Positions 1 to 11,955 of a DNA stretch of 56,108 nucleotides are shown piece after piece. Both the position numbers and the translations under genes were made by a program. The stretch's first letter is position 1. Each line of letters begins with the position of its first letter. A model generated the notes under the pieces. The model did not search any database and was not told where the DNA came from. It saw only the letters and a list, made by a program, of their open reading frames with translations. Origin of the DNA: Octopus bimaculoides (Eukaryota); assembly GCF_001194135.2 (NCBI RefSeq), contig NC_068990.1:73886826-73942933 (forward strand). The letters run 5' to 3'.

Positions 1-249
1 TTGATCTTCTTTATATTATGCTTTTTTTTTTGTATACCTTAATTTATGAGTTCCCTGCAGATTGTTTGAAAACATTAAGGCTTTCAAATCCATCATGAAT
101 GGTTTTTAAACTCCTATATTTTTTTTTTTTTGTACAAATTGATGTAAGTGTGTGTGTGTGTATGTTGCTGCTTATTTATTCTAAGCATGGCCAATATGAT
201 TGGTGTAAGCATTACCATTGCTGTTTTAATTTTTTCCAGCTAGAATTAT

Positions 250-420
250 TCATCATCACCACAACCATTGCTGCCATCAGCACAAACATCACCACTTCCG
301 CTGCCAGTGTTACCACAACCACCATCACCGCCACTGCCACTGCCGTCACCACCACCACCACCACCACCATCACCACTGCTGCCACCACCACCACCATTGC
401 TGCTGTCACCATTTCCATAG
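250..420. repeat. Degenerate (CAC/CAT)n low-complexity tract
   Basis: Imperfect accacc/catcac runs give Thr-rich (+) and Gly-rich (-) pseudo-ORFs; a similar tract lies at about 45145-45200. Confidence 0.8.
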
Positions 421-654
421 GTGGCACTGGTGACACAGTATTGTGCTAGCTCCATCATTTGATTCTCAGAAGAGAAGTGGTTGATAAAAGTGCCAAACAT
501 TTTATTTGAATTTAATTTTTGTGCTTATCCTCACTTATGATCTAAATTTTGGATAATGAACTGAAAGAATATAATCACAAATGTAAGTAGCTAAAATGGA
601 GGTACTTTGAAGGATGTCTGAAGAATGCATAGCACTCAGATACAAAAAAAGGTA

Positions 655-740
655 GCTTAGAATATTATTTTATTTAAGTGACAAAAAAAAATTTTTTTAC
701 AATACTGTTACTCAGAGTTTCATATGACCATTTGTTAGAG
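655..740 (-). mobile_element. Older degenerate copy of the hammerhead-bearing PLE-like repeat at 965-1175
   Basis: ctgttactcagagtttca at 705-722 is identical to 1074-1091, and the upstream AT-rich segment is also similar. Confidence 0.5.
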
Positions 741-786
741 ACTTGTGATAATTCAAAATTATTATTATCTGTATTCTGTTTTATCA

Positions 787-950
787 CAGCGAGTGGCTGT
801 CTGGTAAGAAGCATGCTTGTTAGCCATATGGTTCCAGGTTCAGACCCACCACGTGGCACCTTGGGCACGTGTCTTTTGCTATAGCCACATGCCAACCAGA
901 ACCTTGTGAGTAGATGTGGTAGCCAGATAAACCGAAATAGGCCTGTCATA
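787..950 (+). mobile_element. SINE family A (tRNA head, CORE-like centre), 5' half
   Basis: gtggctgtctggtaag (A-box-like), ggttcagaccc (B-box-like), ggcaccttgggca; homologous to 1181-1345. Confidence 0.85.
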
Positions 951-964
951 TATATATATATATA

Positions 965-1175
965 CACACCGGAGTAAGCACATAAATGTGAAACAAGGTG
1001 GAAAAAAAGAGTACTCAAATACCAGAGGTAGAGTAATATGCTTTATTTAAAAGCAGCAGAAATATAACAAAAGCTGTTACTCAGAGTTTCACGTTCCCAT
1101 TCATTGGATAGTTTTGTTAAAAAACTCTGAGTAACAGCTTTTGTTATATTTCTGCTGCTTTTAAATAAAGTATAT
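965..1175 (-). mobile_element. Short Penelope-like-element-derived insert with a 49-bp perfect inverted repeat and degenerate hammerhead fold
   Basis: Arms 1041-1089 and 1122-1170 are exact reverse complements; (TA)n on both sides; hammerhead topology at 1066-1118 (-). PLE origin is inferred from this architecture. Confidence 0.55.
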
Positions 1176-1180
1176 ATATA

Positions 1181-1590
1181 GGCGCAGGAGTGGCTGTGTG
1201 GTAAGTAGCTTGCTTACCAACCACATGTTTCCGGGTTCAGTCCCACTGCGTGGCACCTTGGGCAAGTGTCATCTACTATAGCCTCGGGCCGACCAAAGCC
1301 TTGTGAGTGGATTTGGTAGACGGAAACTGAAAGAAGCCCATCGTATATATGTATATATATATATATACATGTGTGTGTTTGTGTGTCTGTGTTTGTCCCC
1401 CCAACATCGCTTGACAACCGATGCTGGTGTGTTTACGTTCCCGTAACTTAGCGGTTCGGCAAAAGAGACCGATAGAATAAGTACTAGGCTTCCAAAGAAG
1501 AAGTCCTGGGGTCGATTTGCTCGACTAAAGGGGGTGCTCCAGCATGGCCGCAGTCAAATGACTGAAACAAATAAAAAAGAGTAAAGAGAA
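1181..1590 (+). mobile_element. SINE family A, near full length
   Basis: tggctgtgtgg and ggttcagtccc Pol III boxes, CORE-like ggcaccttgggcaagtgtc, internal (TA)n/(TG)n linker, cagtcaaatgactg hairpin and (AAGAGTA)-like tail; more than 10 homologues in the window. Confidence 0.9.
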
Positions 1591-1614
1591 TATATATATA
1601 TATATATATATGCA

Positions 1615-1805
1615 TTTGTGTTTCTGTGTTTGTTCCCCAACCATCGCTTGACAACCGGTGCTGGCATGTTTACATCCCGTAACTTAGTGGTTTGACAAAA
1701 GAACTGATAGAATGAGTACTAGGCTTACAAAGAATAAGTTGACTAAAGGTTGTACTCTAGCATGGCCTCAGTCAATTGGCTAAAACAAATAAAAGAAATA
1801 AAATA
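1615..1805 (+). mobile_element. SINE family A, 3' half
   Basis: Homologous to 1385-1575 (catcgcttgacaaccg...cagtcaa). Confidence 0.85.
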
Positions 1806-1815
1806 CATATGTATA

Positions 1816-2120
1816 TTGTTTTTAGACCACTTTTGGTCATGAATGATCATGGGATTGCACCTAGAAAGTTCTCCTCTGAAACACAAGTCCACGCAAGGTT
1901 GTTTATGGAAGACCAGCAGTCATCCATGCATACCAGCCTCTTCTCTCCACACCACCAATGTTATTCAAGGCGAAGGCCAATACAGTTTGTCACCAGTGAA
2001 GTTGCAACTCATTTCTACAGGTGATTGAACAGGAGCAATGTGAAATAAAGTGTTTTGCTAAAGAACACATGTGGCCCAGGAATGTGAGCCCTACACTCCA
2101 CCCACTGAGCCATGTGCCTT
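1816..2120 (-). mobile_element. SINE with family-D-type head and centre but a different 3' tail
   Basis: Reverse strand reads ggcacatggctcagtgg...gtgttctttagcaaaacactttatttcacattgctc, matching the centre of 53915-54212, then diverges. Confidence 0.7.
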
Positions 2121-2184
2121 CACACATGAATGTAATGTATATGTGTAAGTATATGCATATATGTGTGTGTATATATATATATAC

Positions 2185-2233
<49 letters not shown>

Positions 2234-2358
2234 CACAGATGCACATACATGTATGTATGCATGTGTATAGAGAGGGAGGAAGAGAGAAGAGGAGAGAGAA
2301 TGAGAGGGAGAGAGAATGAGAGGGATAGAGAACATTCATTGGAGAGGAAAATAATATA

Positions 2359-3350
2359 ATGGACGATTATTTCTTAAAATCTTTTTCTGGCTTAAAAGGA
2401 ATAAACCTGGATACACCTTCATCCAACAATAAATATTTAATTCAAGCTAATATGAATAGAGCTATTTATTTGTTATTTTGGACAAAGACATTTACTAAAA
2501 TTAACAATCTACTTACTGTTAGAACAATTTCAGAAGAATTAAGGAAGGTAACACTTCAACGTAAAGTTAATCCTAACAAATTAATTTCTGAAGCAAATCT
2601 ATCAACAGAAACTATCCCATTTCACCACTTAAAAGAATTTTACCTCAGCTTATATCTATAGAACTTTAAAAATCTTCAAATATCATAATCCTCTGTTGCC
2701 CATAAATTTGAAAATAAATTCACTCACAGAGAACTTCGTTAAAGAAATGGATAATTATATATTTTACACTTTTACAAGAGATCTGTACACTATATATTCA
2801 TCGGATAAGTTTTTATATTCTGCCTACCACAAGAAACCGACCAAGTATGTAGCAATAAGCAATAACCATTTATGGATATACAAATATTTTCAAAGAACAC
2901 GTATGATATAATAAATTCACCAATAGACTCAATAAATACAGCAGACACTACGCCAAGCAAATACAAATTACACCATAAATTTTATTACATGAATCAAATG
3001 CACCCAGACTATAGAATACTTGAATCCATTATGAAAAACTCATCAAAACTTACAATCCACTCATAAAGTATCGATGATAATAAGTTAGAAAGAAAATACA
3101 AACACTGAAACTCTTTTCTACAAGAAACCACAACCCTGTAACCTACTAAATAATCTTCTGATTCTACAAACTTATGTCTAAACAGGAAAGCAGTAAAGAT
3201 ATTGACTAGCTGTTACACTCAATATACAGGCTTTTCCTATCTTCTGTCAATAAATATAAAGGATGTGAAACACTACTGTCTTTATTTACTACTCTCTTGT
3301 TAAATTTACCCTGAAGAAGGACTTAGTTTGAAGTACTGAATATTACACAT
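2359..3350 (+). pseudogene. Degenerate Penelope-like retroelement remnant (RT thumb, possible GIY-YIG, hammerhead-like 3' motif)
   Basis: Broken frames: AYHKKPTKY resembles the PLE YRKPT motif; KFYYMNQMHPDY; CYTQYTGF resembles the YIG motif; CTGAAGA-AGGAC/GTACT-GAAT at 3311-3341. Confidence 0.45.
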
Positions 3351-3376
3351 CTCACAACAATTTTGTATACATTATA

Positions 3377-4747
3377 TATACCCTGCGTTTCAAATTATTA
3401 ACGATGTAACAATTTACTCGTTGAAATTCAATGACATTTCCACAGAATGATGGCAACAGTTATATGTGCATGATGTGCAAAAAAAAAAATCTCAGGTTTT
3501 GCCCAAGTGTAAACAAACCACATGGTTTCCCCGAACTTTCAGTGTTCCAAATTATTAATGAATGGTCTGATAATTGAGTAATTATGCATTGTAAATGTTC
3601 TTCAGAGAAATCTGTTATTACTTCTGAACTTGCAAAAGAAATATCCAAAATAATTGGCAGATATCACCAAACTGTGAAAACATTGTTACAGTTACTATGA
3701 AGATACATAAGAAAGCCGACAAGGATCAGTTGAGGACTGTTTCTCAATGTTCTCTGTCACGAACTAAGCGTGAAGCATTAACGAACCCAGGTTTTACAAG
3801 TGGAGAACTTTTCAAGCACCTTGCTGAAACAACTGCATCCAGAACTACTTAATGTCGTCTCCTGAAAAAGGTCTCTAAACCAGTGGCATCAGTTAAAAGA
3901 CCTCCTTTAAACAAAATATACCTACAAAATCGTCTGAAACGAACAGAAGATAACATGAAGGTCAACTTTTCAAAAGTTTTGTTTCTGGACGAAACTTGTG
4001 CTATCCTTAATGGACCTGATGGCTGGGGCAAGTGATGTGCTGTAAATGGATGAGATCGTCATCAATACTTGATACCTCGACAAGTGGGAGGAGGCATCAT
4101 GATTTGCACAGATACTATTGGAAATATTATGGTTGGTCCTTCAAAAATGCCTGACAGTATTAAAATGACTGCAGATACTTACATAGCCTTTCTGAGGGAG
4201 CATCTTGGACATTGCTTAAAAAAGCAAAAGATCACCTTCAAGACAACCATAATTTTCATGCAACATAATGCATCCTCGCACTCAACGAAGGGAACTTACA
4301 AAGTATCTGCAACAAATAGGCTTTTGCAGACCTCGGAAGATGAAGCGACCTTCTCATTCCCCTACTTAAACCCAAGAGAAAACTTTTGAAGTATTCTAAA
4401 ATGACGAGTTTACTAGAATGGGTGCTAGTTTAGGAGCAAGAATGAACTGTGGTGGGCAATAGTGGATGTATCTTGTGGTATAACATCAGAAGCGATCCAG
4501 AAACTAGATTGTTCCATTAACCAGTGCCTTTTCCAACTTACTTCAAACACATCCTCATATATCCCTTATTAACCAGCTTACCTATCGTATTTTAATGCTG
4601 TTTATTTCTTTATTTCTATTTCTTCCATGTTTATGACTGTATGTGTTTTAATTTCAGAGTGTACAACAAACAATTAAATGAGTATTTTCTTGTTTACATG
4701 AGTTTTAGTTACACCTCGCTAGTAATTTGAAACTGAAAGTTTATGTA
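3377..4747 (+). mobile_element. Decayed Tc1-like (DDE) DNA transposon with degenerate TIRs
   Basis: Frames give EISKIIGRYHQTVKTL (HTH), KVLFLDET..LNGPDGW, RQVGGGIM, IFMQHNASSH and YLNPRENF. gtttcaaattattaacga (about 3387-3404) is inverted relative to tcgctagtaatttgaaac (about 4716-4733). Confidence 0.85.
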
Positions 4748-5077
4748 AATTGAGTAGATGGCCGTAGTTTCTGTGTTGTTTTACAGAATCTCACGTTTTT
4801 TTTTACACACGACACACATATTGCTGTTGTCGACATTCTGTGAAAATCTCCTTGTATTCAAATAAGTAGGTTTTAAATACAATAAAAAATGTTACACCGT
4901 TAATAATTTGAAATGTTGTGTGTGTCTGTGTGCGTGTGTGTATATATACATACATACATATATATATATATGTGTTATATGCATGCACATACGTACACCG
5001 ATATATATGTGGGTGGGTGGGTGTATGTATGTGTGAGTATAGTGTTTGTGTTTGTGTGTGTGTGTGTATGTAATTCT

Positions 5078-5244
5078 CTGAATTTGGGAGGTGAGAGCTA
5101 ATCAATTACATTGATCCCCGGTTTTCAGTTGGTACATATTTCATTGACACTGAAAGGATGAAAGGAAAAGTCATTCTCTGGAATTGAATGAAATGCTGCT
5201 GAACATTTTGTCTGACATGCTAATAATTCTGTTTACTAACTGCC

Positions 5245-5246
<2 letters not shown>
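5078..5246 (-). mobile_element. SINE family B ((ATT)n-tailed)
   Basis: gaaaggatgaaagg core; homologous to 47205-47422. Confidence 0.85.
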
Positions 5247-5312
<66 letters not shown>

Positions 5313-5316
<4 letters not shown>

Positions 5317-6182
5317 TACTGTACAAATACAGCATTACAGAAAAAGACTTACCTGAGGCAAAAGAAAAACTAAAGCAAGACATCCTTGCCAAAGCACAGA
5401 GGATCCGCCGGTATGAGAAACGCCAACGTTTCTTTGAACAAAACAAACAGTTCAAATCCAACCCCAAAAAACTCTACCAAGAACTGGGTAAAAATAAAAT
5501 AGACATTACTTCAGCACCAACAGCAGAAGAACTAGAGAANNNNNNNNNNNNNNNNNNNNNNNNNNNNNNNNNNNNNNNNNNNNNNNNNNNNNNNNNNNNN
5601 NNNNNNNNNNNNNNNNNNNNNNNNNNNNNNNNNNNNNNNNNNNNNNNNNNNNNNNNNNNNNNNNNNNNNNNNNNNNNNNNNNNNNNNNNNNNNNNNNNNN
5701 NNNNNNNNNNNNNNNNNNNNNNNNNNNNNNNNNNNNNNNNNNNNNNNNNNNNNNNNNNNNNNNNNNNNNNNNNNNNNNNNNNNNNNNNNNNNNNNNNNNN
5801 NNNNNNNNNNNNNNNNNNNNNNNNNNNNNNNNNNNNNNNNNNNNNNNNNNNNNNNNNNNNNNNNNNNNNNNNNNNNNNNNNNNNNNNNNNNNNNNNNNNN
5901 NNNNNNNNNNNNNNNNNNNNNNNNNNNNNNNNNNNNNNNNNNNNNNNNNNNNNNNNNNNNNNNNNNNNNNNNNNNNNNNNNNNNNNNNNNNNNNNNNNNN
6001 NNNNNNNNNNNNNNNNNNNNNNNNNNNNNNNNNNNNNNNNNNNNNNNNNNNNNNNNNNNNNNNNNNNNNNNNNNNNNNNNNNNNNNNNNNNNNNNNNNNN
6101 NNNNNNAAACCACAGCACATACCCAAGGCGCACAGAGCTGTGCTCGGTAGTGAAGTGAAAGCACGTTATAAAAATAAAACTA

Positions 6183-6188
<6 letters not shown>
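5313..6188 (+). mobile_element. 5'-truncated R4/Dong-clade non-LTR retrotransposon between (TAA)n tracts (mostly N gap)
   Basis: LKQDILAKAQRIRRYEKRQRFFEQNKQFKSNPKKLYQEL is typical of the R4/Dong pre-RT region; the 3' end 6108-6188 matches 43041-43120; (TAA)n at 5246-5312 and 6188-6269. That both sides of the gap belong to one element is assumed. Confidence 0.75.
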
Positions 6189-6269
<81 letters not shown>

Positions 6270-6830
6270 CCTTTCTTCTAGAAACACAAGGCCTGAAATT
6301 TGGGGGAAGGGATTAAGTCAATTACATCGACCCCCAGTGTGTAACTAGTACTTAATTCATCAACTCTGAAAGGATGAAATGCAAAGTCGACCTTGGCAGA
6401 ATTTGAACTCAGAATGTAGAGACAGATGAAATGCTGTTAAGCATTTTGCTCAGCGTACTAACAATTCTGCCAGCTCACTGCCTTAATAATAATGATAATG
6501 ATAATTTCAAAATTTGGCACAAATCCAGCAATGTCCAGGGTGGGGTAAGTTAATTATATTGACCCCAGTGATCAACTGGTACTTATTTTTATCGCCCTAC
6601 CCCTACCCCACCAAAAGGATGAAAGGTATCGTCAGCTTCAACAAAATTTGAACTCAGGACATAAAGAAGTATGAAACACTGCTCAGCATTTTGCCCAGAG
6701 CAGTAACAATTCTGCCAGCTCACCACCCTGTTTCTTGCAAAGGTGCAAATGTTTGATATTTGCAATCAAGGGTGGTTAGTCAATTATATTGACCTCAGTA
6801 CCTGACTCATTTTATTTTATCACTAATGTT
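6270..6830 (-). mobile_element. Head-to-tail array of SINE family B copies (about 6270-6485, 6505-6728, and a partial at 6760-6830)
   Basis: Repeated aggcctgaaattt / gaaaggatgaaa / tttgaactcag / gccagctcac blocks separated by (TAA/TGA)n. Confidence 0.85.
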
Positions 6831-7319
6831 ATATGTTTTATGCAGCTAAGACAAGAACCTCATAAAAATTATTGCTTTTAATTCCCTTTAATTCTATAGG
6901 TATAGAAATATATCAGCTAAAAGAAAGAATACATTATGAAAATCTTTTTTAAGTATTGTTTAAGTATTCACAACCAAAAGGAATCTTACAATGCTGTGCC
7001 AGGATTCCTTGTCCCCCTTTATCTTTGAGTGGTTTACTTTTTCTGCCAATAACATCAAAATAGTTAAGTAAACTTTCTCCTCTATTTTGGAAGTCTCCAA
7101 AATATAAGTCTGACATGGCCTATTGTTCATGGTAATAGTAGTAGCCAGCCAAGCCTACTCTGCATCAGCAATAACTGTTGAGATAGATGGATTTTGTCTA
7201 TAAATTGGTATCATGCTCATGTTATGAGATGTTCTAAGTCATTATAAGAATCCGTGTGATTGAGAAGTTCCTTTCTCATAGTCCAGGTTTTTGTTCCTTA
7301 GAGGAGAATGCTCTGTATA

Positions 7320-9670
7320 TGAGGATAATCAAAACACAAGCAACAAAAATGCAAGCAGTGAGAATAAGGACTGTAAAGTTAGAAATGTTTAGAATATAAG
7401 GTATGAAGATAGACCTACCACATGCACAACAAATAAGATAAAAATACACAACTATTCAAACCACCTACAGAATACTGACCAACAAAAGCCAAACCAAGAA
7501 TAACATGATGAAAATATGAATATATGAAAAAAATGAGATAAATTCAAGTGTAGAAAATTCTAAATATGGAAATTATAAATATGACAATAATATAAAAATG
7601 GAAATAGTTAAAGAATTAAAATCGATAAGAGATCTTATAGCCCAGTGAAATACTCTTCCAAAAATAAAACTTAATGATAGAATAACAACAATGAAAAGCA
7701 CAAAAACTGGCCATCACATACTTAATGAAAATAGATGCAAACATCAACATCATTGTGATGAACGAAACCACATTGGAAAATTTTTGAGGAGATAGAAAAT
7801 AATATAAAAATAACTGTTAATCCTTAACGAAACCGATGGGAAATTAAAACAAACAAGCAAAGAAAATTCAAGTGAATTAAAAGCAGAGACAAATACTTAA
7901 GAAAAGAATATAATCAGAGAAAAGTAGCAGGGATCAAAGAACCTATAAAACAAGAGATCCTTATTAAATCACAAAGAACCCATCCTTTTCAAATCCACCT
8001 AAGCAATTCCACCAAGAAATAGATACTGGAAAATAGAAATTAGTGTATTGCCAATAGCAAGAGAACAATAATAATTTGAGTAGGAGTACAAACAGTGAAA
8101 GAATCACAATAAGAAGTGAATGCTTAAAACAAATGAAGCACATGGACTGAGAAAGAAGTCCAAGTATTACAAATAACAATATATAACAAGAAGTAGCTGG
8201 AAGGCATCAGGAATTAATAAAATTCAGATTTCTTGTACGCATGATGTACTGGCAAAAATACTTAATGACCTATTGAAAGAGATGAAACAATACCTGAGTA
8301 GTTAAGGAGAAAATGATCTTAATCCCAAAGAACAGCAAACACTAGAGATTATGGACCCATATTCTGTCTTTTTATAGCCAGAGGTGTTGCAGACGAAAAA
8401 TAATTACAAAAAATGAAACAAAAGAGCTCAATTTCAGAATAACAATGGTGAGGTGCCTAGACTCAAATGATTGTAAAGATTAATTGTTAATTTACATAAC
8501 CAACGATTGATGACTAGAGAGGAAGTAAGAAGAATCTGTGCATGAAACTGATTGACTACCTGAAGGATTTTGACTGTATTCTCTACATAAATAATAATGA
8601 GTGAACACATAAAACATAAGACAAAAATGGGAAAATCAGTCAGTTGATACAAACAAAGAAAGGAACAATAAAACGAATCCTATCCCTTCTATTTTGCCTG
8701 GTGTTCACATCTTTAATGTGATAATATACTAAACAACATCAGGCTTGGATAAAAATGCTTTGTGGAGTACCATTAATCATAGTTTACATATGGGTGACCT
8801 CAAGCTGCATACTGAAGATAATAAACAACTAGAAACTCTGCTACAGAAAGTGCACAATTTCATAGGAGGAATTTATATAAAAGGTTTGAAAAATTCATCA
8901 AAATCATCCTTGTATTTAAGAAAATAAATAAACATTGTTAATATCATGTTAGAGGAAGAAACAGAAGGAAGAGAATTAGATCCAAATCAAGTTTGTGAAT
9001 ACTAACGAATGAAACCTATATAAAAAAAAAGAAAACAGGTAAGAAAGATATTACAGGTGCATTAGGTTAATAATTAAATGCAAAATTAAGGTAATAGGTA
9101 TTTATACTCTAGCTGTTGCAGTCATAAACTTATTATGTTCTTAAATGAATGCTAATTGAATTATTGAATTAAAAAGGAGAGATAGGGAAACAAGAACAAT
9201 AATGTATTTTTTAGAATGCGACTAGTAAAATCAGATACATGATTAGTTTATTAAACTCTACTTCATGTGTAGAAGCTTTCTGTAGCTAGAAACTTATTAG
9301 AGATAATTTAGAATAGGATTAGAAAAATAACTAGTAAAAAAAGCATTGGGAAACATACAAATAGTAAAAATAGCTCAATAAAATGCAAAAAAAAAAAAGC
9401 TACTGTTTTCTCTCATTGAAATAAGCAACAAAAAAGTATAAATATGATGACATGTAAATGTGTAGAGAATGGAGAAAGAGGAAGAGAAATTGACACTAAA
9501 CACTAAGCTAAAAATTGGCCGATAGATTGTCAGGTTGTCAATATTAAGTCAATAGCAGTAAAAGACTTTGCCTGTTCAATACCTGACATAACTTACCAAA
9601 AGTAAAGTGGATAAAAATATCTCAGCACTGGCAAAAACGTGCAAAACTAGAAAGTGAAAATCAAAGGGTG
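7320..9670 (+). pseudogene. Long, heavily decayed R4/Dong ORF (RT and RLE)
   Basis: RDYGPIFCL (about 8345, cf. NYRPITCL), IDYLKDFDCIL (about 8550, cf. IDYKKAFDS), NHSLHMGDLKLH (about 8775, cf. NHLLYMDDLKL) and RLE remnants at about 9520-9640; many stops and frameshifts. Confidence 0.7.
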
Positions 9671-9721
<51 letters not shown>

Positions 9722-9724
<3 letters not shown>

Positions 9725-10441
9725 TTATGTTTGACTTTTGTTTTGCATTTGTACAAGTTGGATCCAAGTCTCACCCAGAGACCTCAAGAGACAACAAGTT
9801 AGAAGTTCATGTAGGTGTTATGCCTAGGGTACCATATATTTGGATTTGTACAGTTTTGTTCTAGTGAATGTTTAAGAAACCATAAGAAAATTATGTGTTT
9901 GCTTTAAAATTTGAGATCACATAGACAGTATTTTATGTAGGATATGGGCAGTTCCCATGAGCACTATCTTTTGAACTTCAGCCATTTTGGGGTATCCTGG
10001 TNNNNNNNNNNNNNNNNNNNNNNNNNNNNNNNNNNNNNNNNNNNNNNNNNNNNNNNNNNNNNNNNNNNNNNNNNNNNNNNNNNNNNNNNNNNNNNNNNNN
10101 NNNNNNNNNNNNNNNNNNNNNNNNNNNNNNNNNNNNNNNNNNNNNNNNNNNNNNNNNNNNNNNNNNNNNNNNNNNNNNNNNNNNNNNNNNNNNNNNNNNN
10201 NNNNNNNNNNNNNNNNNNNNNNNNNNNNNNNNNNNNNNNNNNNNNNNNNNNNNNNNNNNNNNNNNNNNNNNNNNNNNNNNNNNNNNNNNNNNNNNNNNNN
10301 NNNNNNNNNNNNNNNNNNNNNNNNNNNNNNNNNNNNNNNNNNNNNNNNNNNNNNNNNNNNNNNNNNNNNNNNNNNNNNNNNNNNNNNNNNNNNNNNNNNN
10401 NNNNNNNNTGTGCAGCTCTATCATGCCTGTTGAGATACTCT

Positions 10442-10444
<3 letters not shown>
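9722..10444 (-). mobile_element. 5'-truncated R4/Dong element between (TTA)n tracts
   Basis: Minus strand gives TEYLNRHDRAA, then a gap, then PGYPKMAEVQKIVLMGTAHILHKILSM* and a 3' UTR. Confidence 0.85.
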
Positions 10445-10508
<64 letters not shown>

Positions 10509-10510
10509 CA

Positions 10511-10580
<70 letters not shown>

Positions 10581-10899
10581 AAAACGAAGCCTTTACACAG
10601 GAAACTATTGAAAGCATGTAATGAAGCAAAATACAAAATGTGATAGCCAATTATTCAGAGCTTATGATAAGAAAAGCAATCACACTGCTTCTGGCTACTC
10701 AGTTTGAACCTAGAGAGTATATATATGTATAGGCACGGTGGAGTTGGAGCTTTTGCATATTGGAGATTATACCAGTATTATCAAATTATTACAGGCATAA
10801 ATACACACATGCACACACACACACACACAAAATCCTTTAAAATAATAATATGCCTATATTTAGGGTTTATGTTATTTAACGCACACACTCACGCATCCA

Positions 10900-11040
10900 G
10901 AGGTAAATCAAGGAAAATCAACCAGATATTGCCATTAAAGATGTTCCATAAAGGGAAGTGCTTGCTAACTGAAGTATCAGTCCCATTAGACAATAATGTA
11001 TCACTGAAAGAAATGGAGAAACTATCCAGATATAATCCAA
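10900..11040 (+). mobile_element. R4/Dong RLE-domain fragment
   Basis: NQPDIAIKD, a frameshift, then KGKCLLTEVSVPLDNNVSLKEMEKLSRY (PD...D/E..P......KE.EK..KY RLE pattern). Confidence 0.7.
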
Positions 11041-11112
11041 TGTGAGTGTGTCTACTTTTTATGCCATAGGTTTTAGTTACCTGTTCAAATATAAGCATCT
11101 AGAAATAGAAAT

Positions 11113-11122
11113 GATAATAGTA

Positions 11123-11193
<71 letters not shown>

Positions 11194-11255
11194 GATGATC
11201 ATGATACGATCATGATGAAGATGATAATGATGGTGATGATGATGATGATGATGGC
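11113..11255. repeat. (GAT)n/(CAT)n compound microsatellite
   Basis: Direct reading; the switch from GAT to CAT forms an imperfect fold-back. Confidence 0.9.
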
Positions 11256-11309
11256 GAGAAGAAGAATGGTTCCAAATTTTGGCACTAAATCAGCAGTTTT
11301 AAGGATAGG

Positions 11310-11955
11310 GTCATCACTGAGAATAATGCGTATAAGATCTGAATAATGTGTATAAGATCTGATGTATAAGATCTGAATAACGTGTATAAGTTCTAATGTA
11401 TAAGATCTAATGTATAATGTATAAGATCTAATGTATAAGATCTAATGTATAAGATCTGAATAATGTGTATAAGATTTAATGTGTATAAGATTTAATGTGT
11501 ATAAGATCTTATGGGATTTTACAATCCAGTGTGACTCGGTGATTGATGCTTGAAGACCAGACGTTGTTGTAATGGTTAAGAGGAGAAGGAAAGAAAAAAT
11601 TATGGATATTGCCATACCTTGGGGTGCATGGGTGGATGACAAAGAGCTGGAAAAGATTGAAATGTACAAGTTACTAACTAGAATATGAAATTGCAAGAAT
11701 GTGGGCAATGAAGAGAGTAATTGTCCTCCCAGTAGCTGTAGGAGCATTGAGGGCACTAACAACCAGGTTTGAGAAATATTCTGAGAAACTGAAATTGACT
11801 TGAGGGTAGAATATGTTCAGAAAACTGTTCTATTGGGGACAGCGAAAATTTTTGAGATCGGTACCCTGTGAGACCTTTGACAAGAGGTTGCTGTCTGCTC
11901 GTACAGAATTAACCAGAGCAAGTAAAATCGAGAGCTCTGAGAAGTGAAACGGCAA
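11310..11955 (+). mobile_element. R4/Dong RLE region and 3' UTR with an internal minisatellite expansion
   Basis: ITENNAYKI-[repeat]-LWDFTIQCDSVIDA*RPDVVV...DIAIP...KELEKIEMY...VQKTVLLGTAKI; ends in (CTA)n/(TAA)n. Confidence 0.9.
11322..11508. repeat. Minisatellite of 14-20-bp units with core tataagatct
   Basis: About 11 copies of (gaata)atg(tg)tataagatct variants. Confidence 0.9.

Noticed and set aside
99-500. Thr-rich, Val/Met-rich and Gly-rich ORFs
   Set aside because: All three are translations of one degenerate CAC/CAT tract; no splice or homology support.
1181-1260. tRNA-like heads of SINE families A-D considered as tRNA genes
   Set aside because: A/B boxes are present but there is no complete cloverleaf, and each continues into a SINE body.
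5184-6164. Long ORFs of 200-360 aa here and at about 10.0, 29.1, 32.0, 34.5 and 45.6 kb
   Set aside because: Length comes from N gaps and microsatellites.
10900-11046. Apparent exon ending at a strong GTGAGT donor
   Set aside because: The peptide is an R4/Dong RLE fragment, not a host exon.
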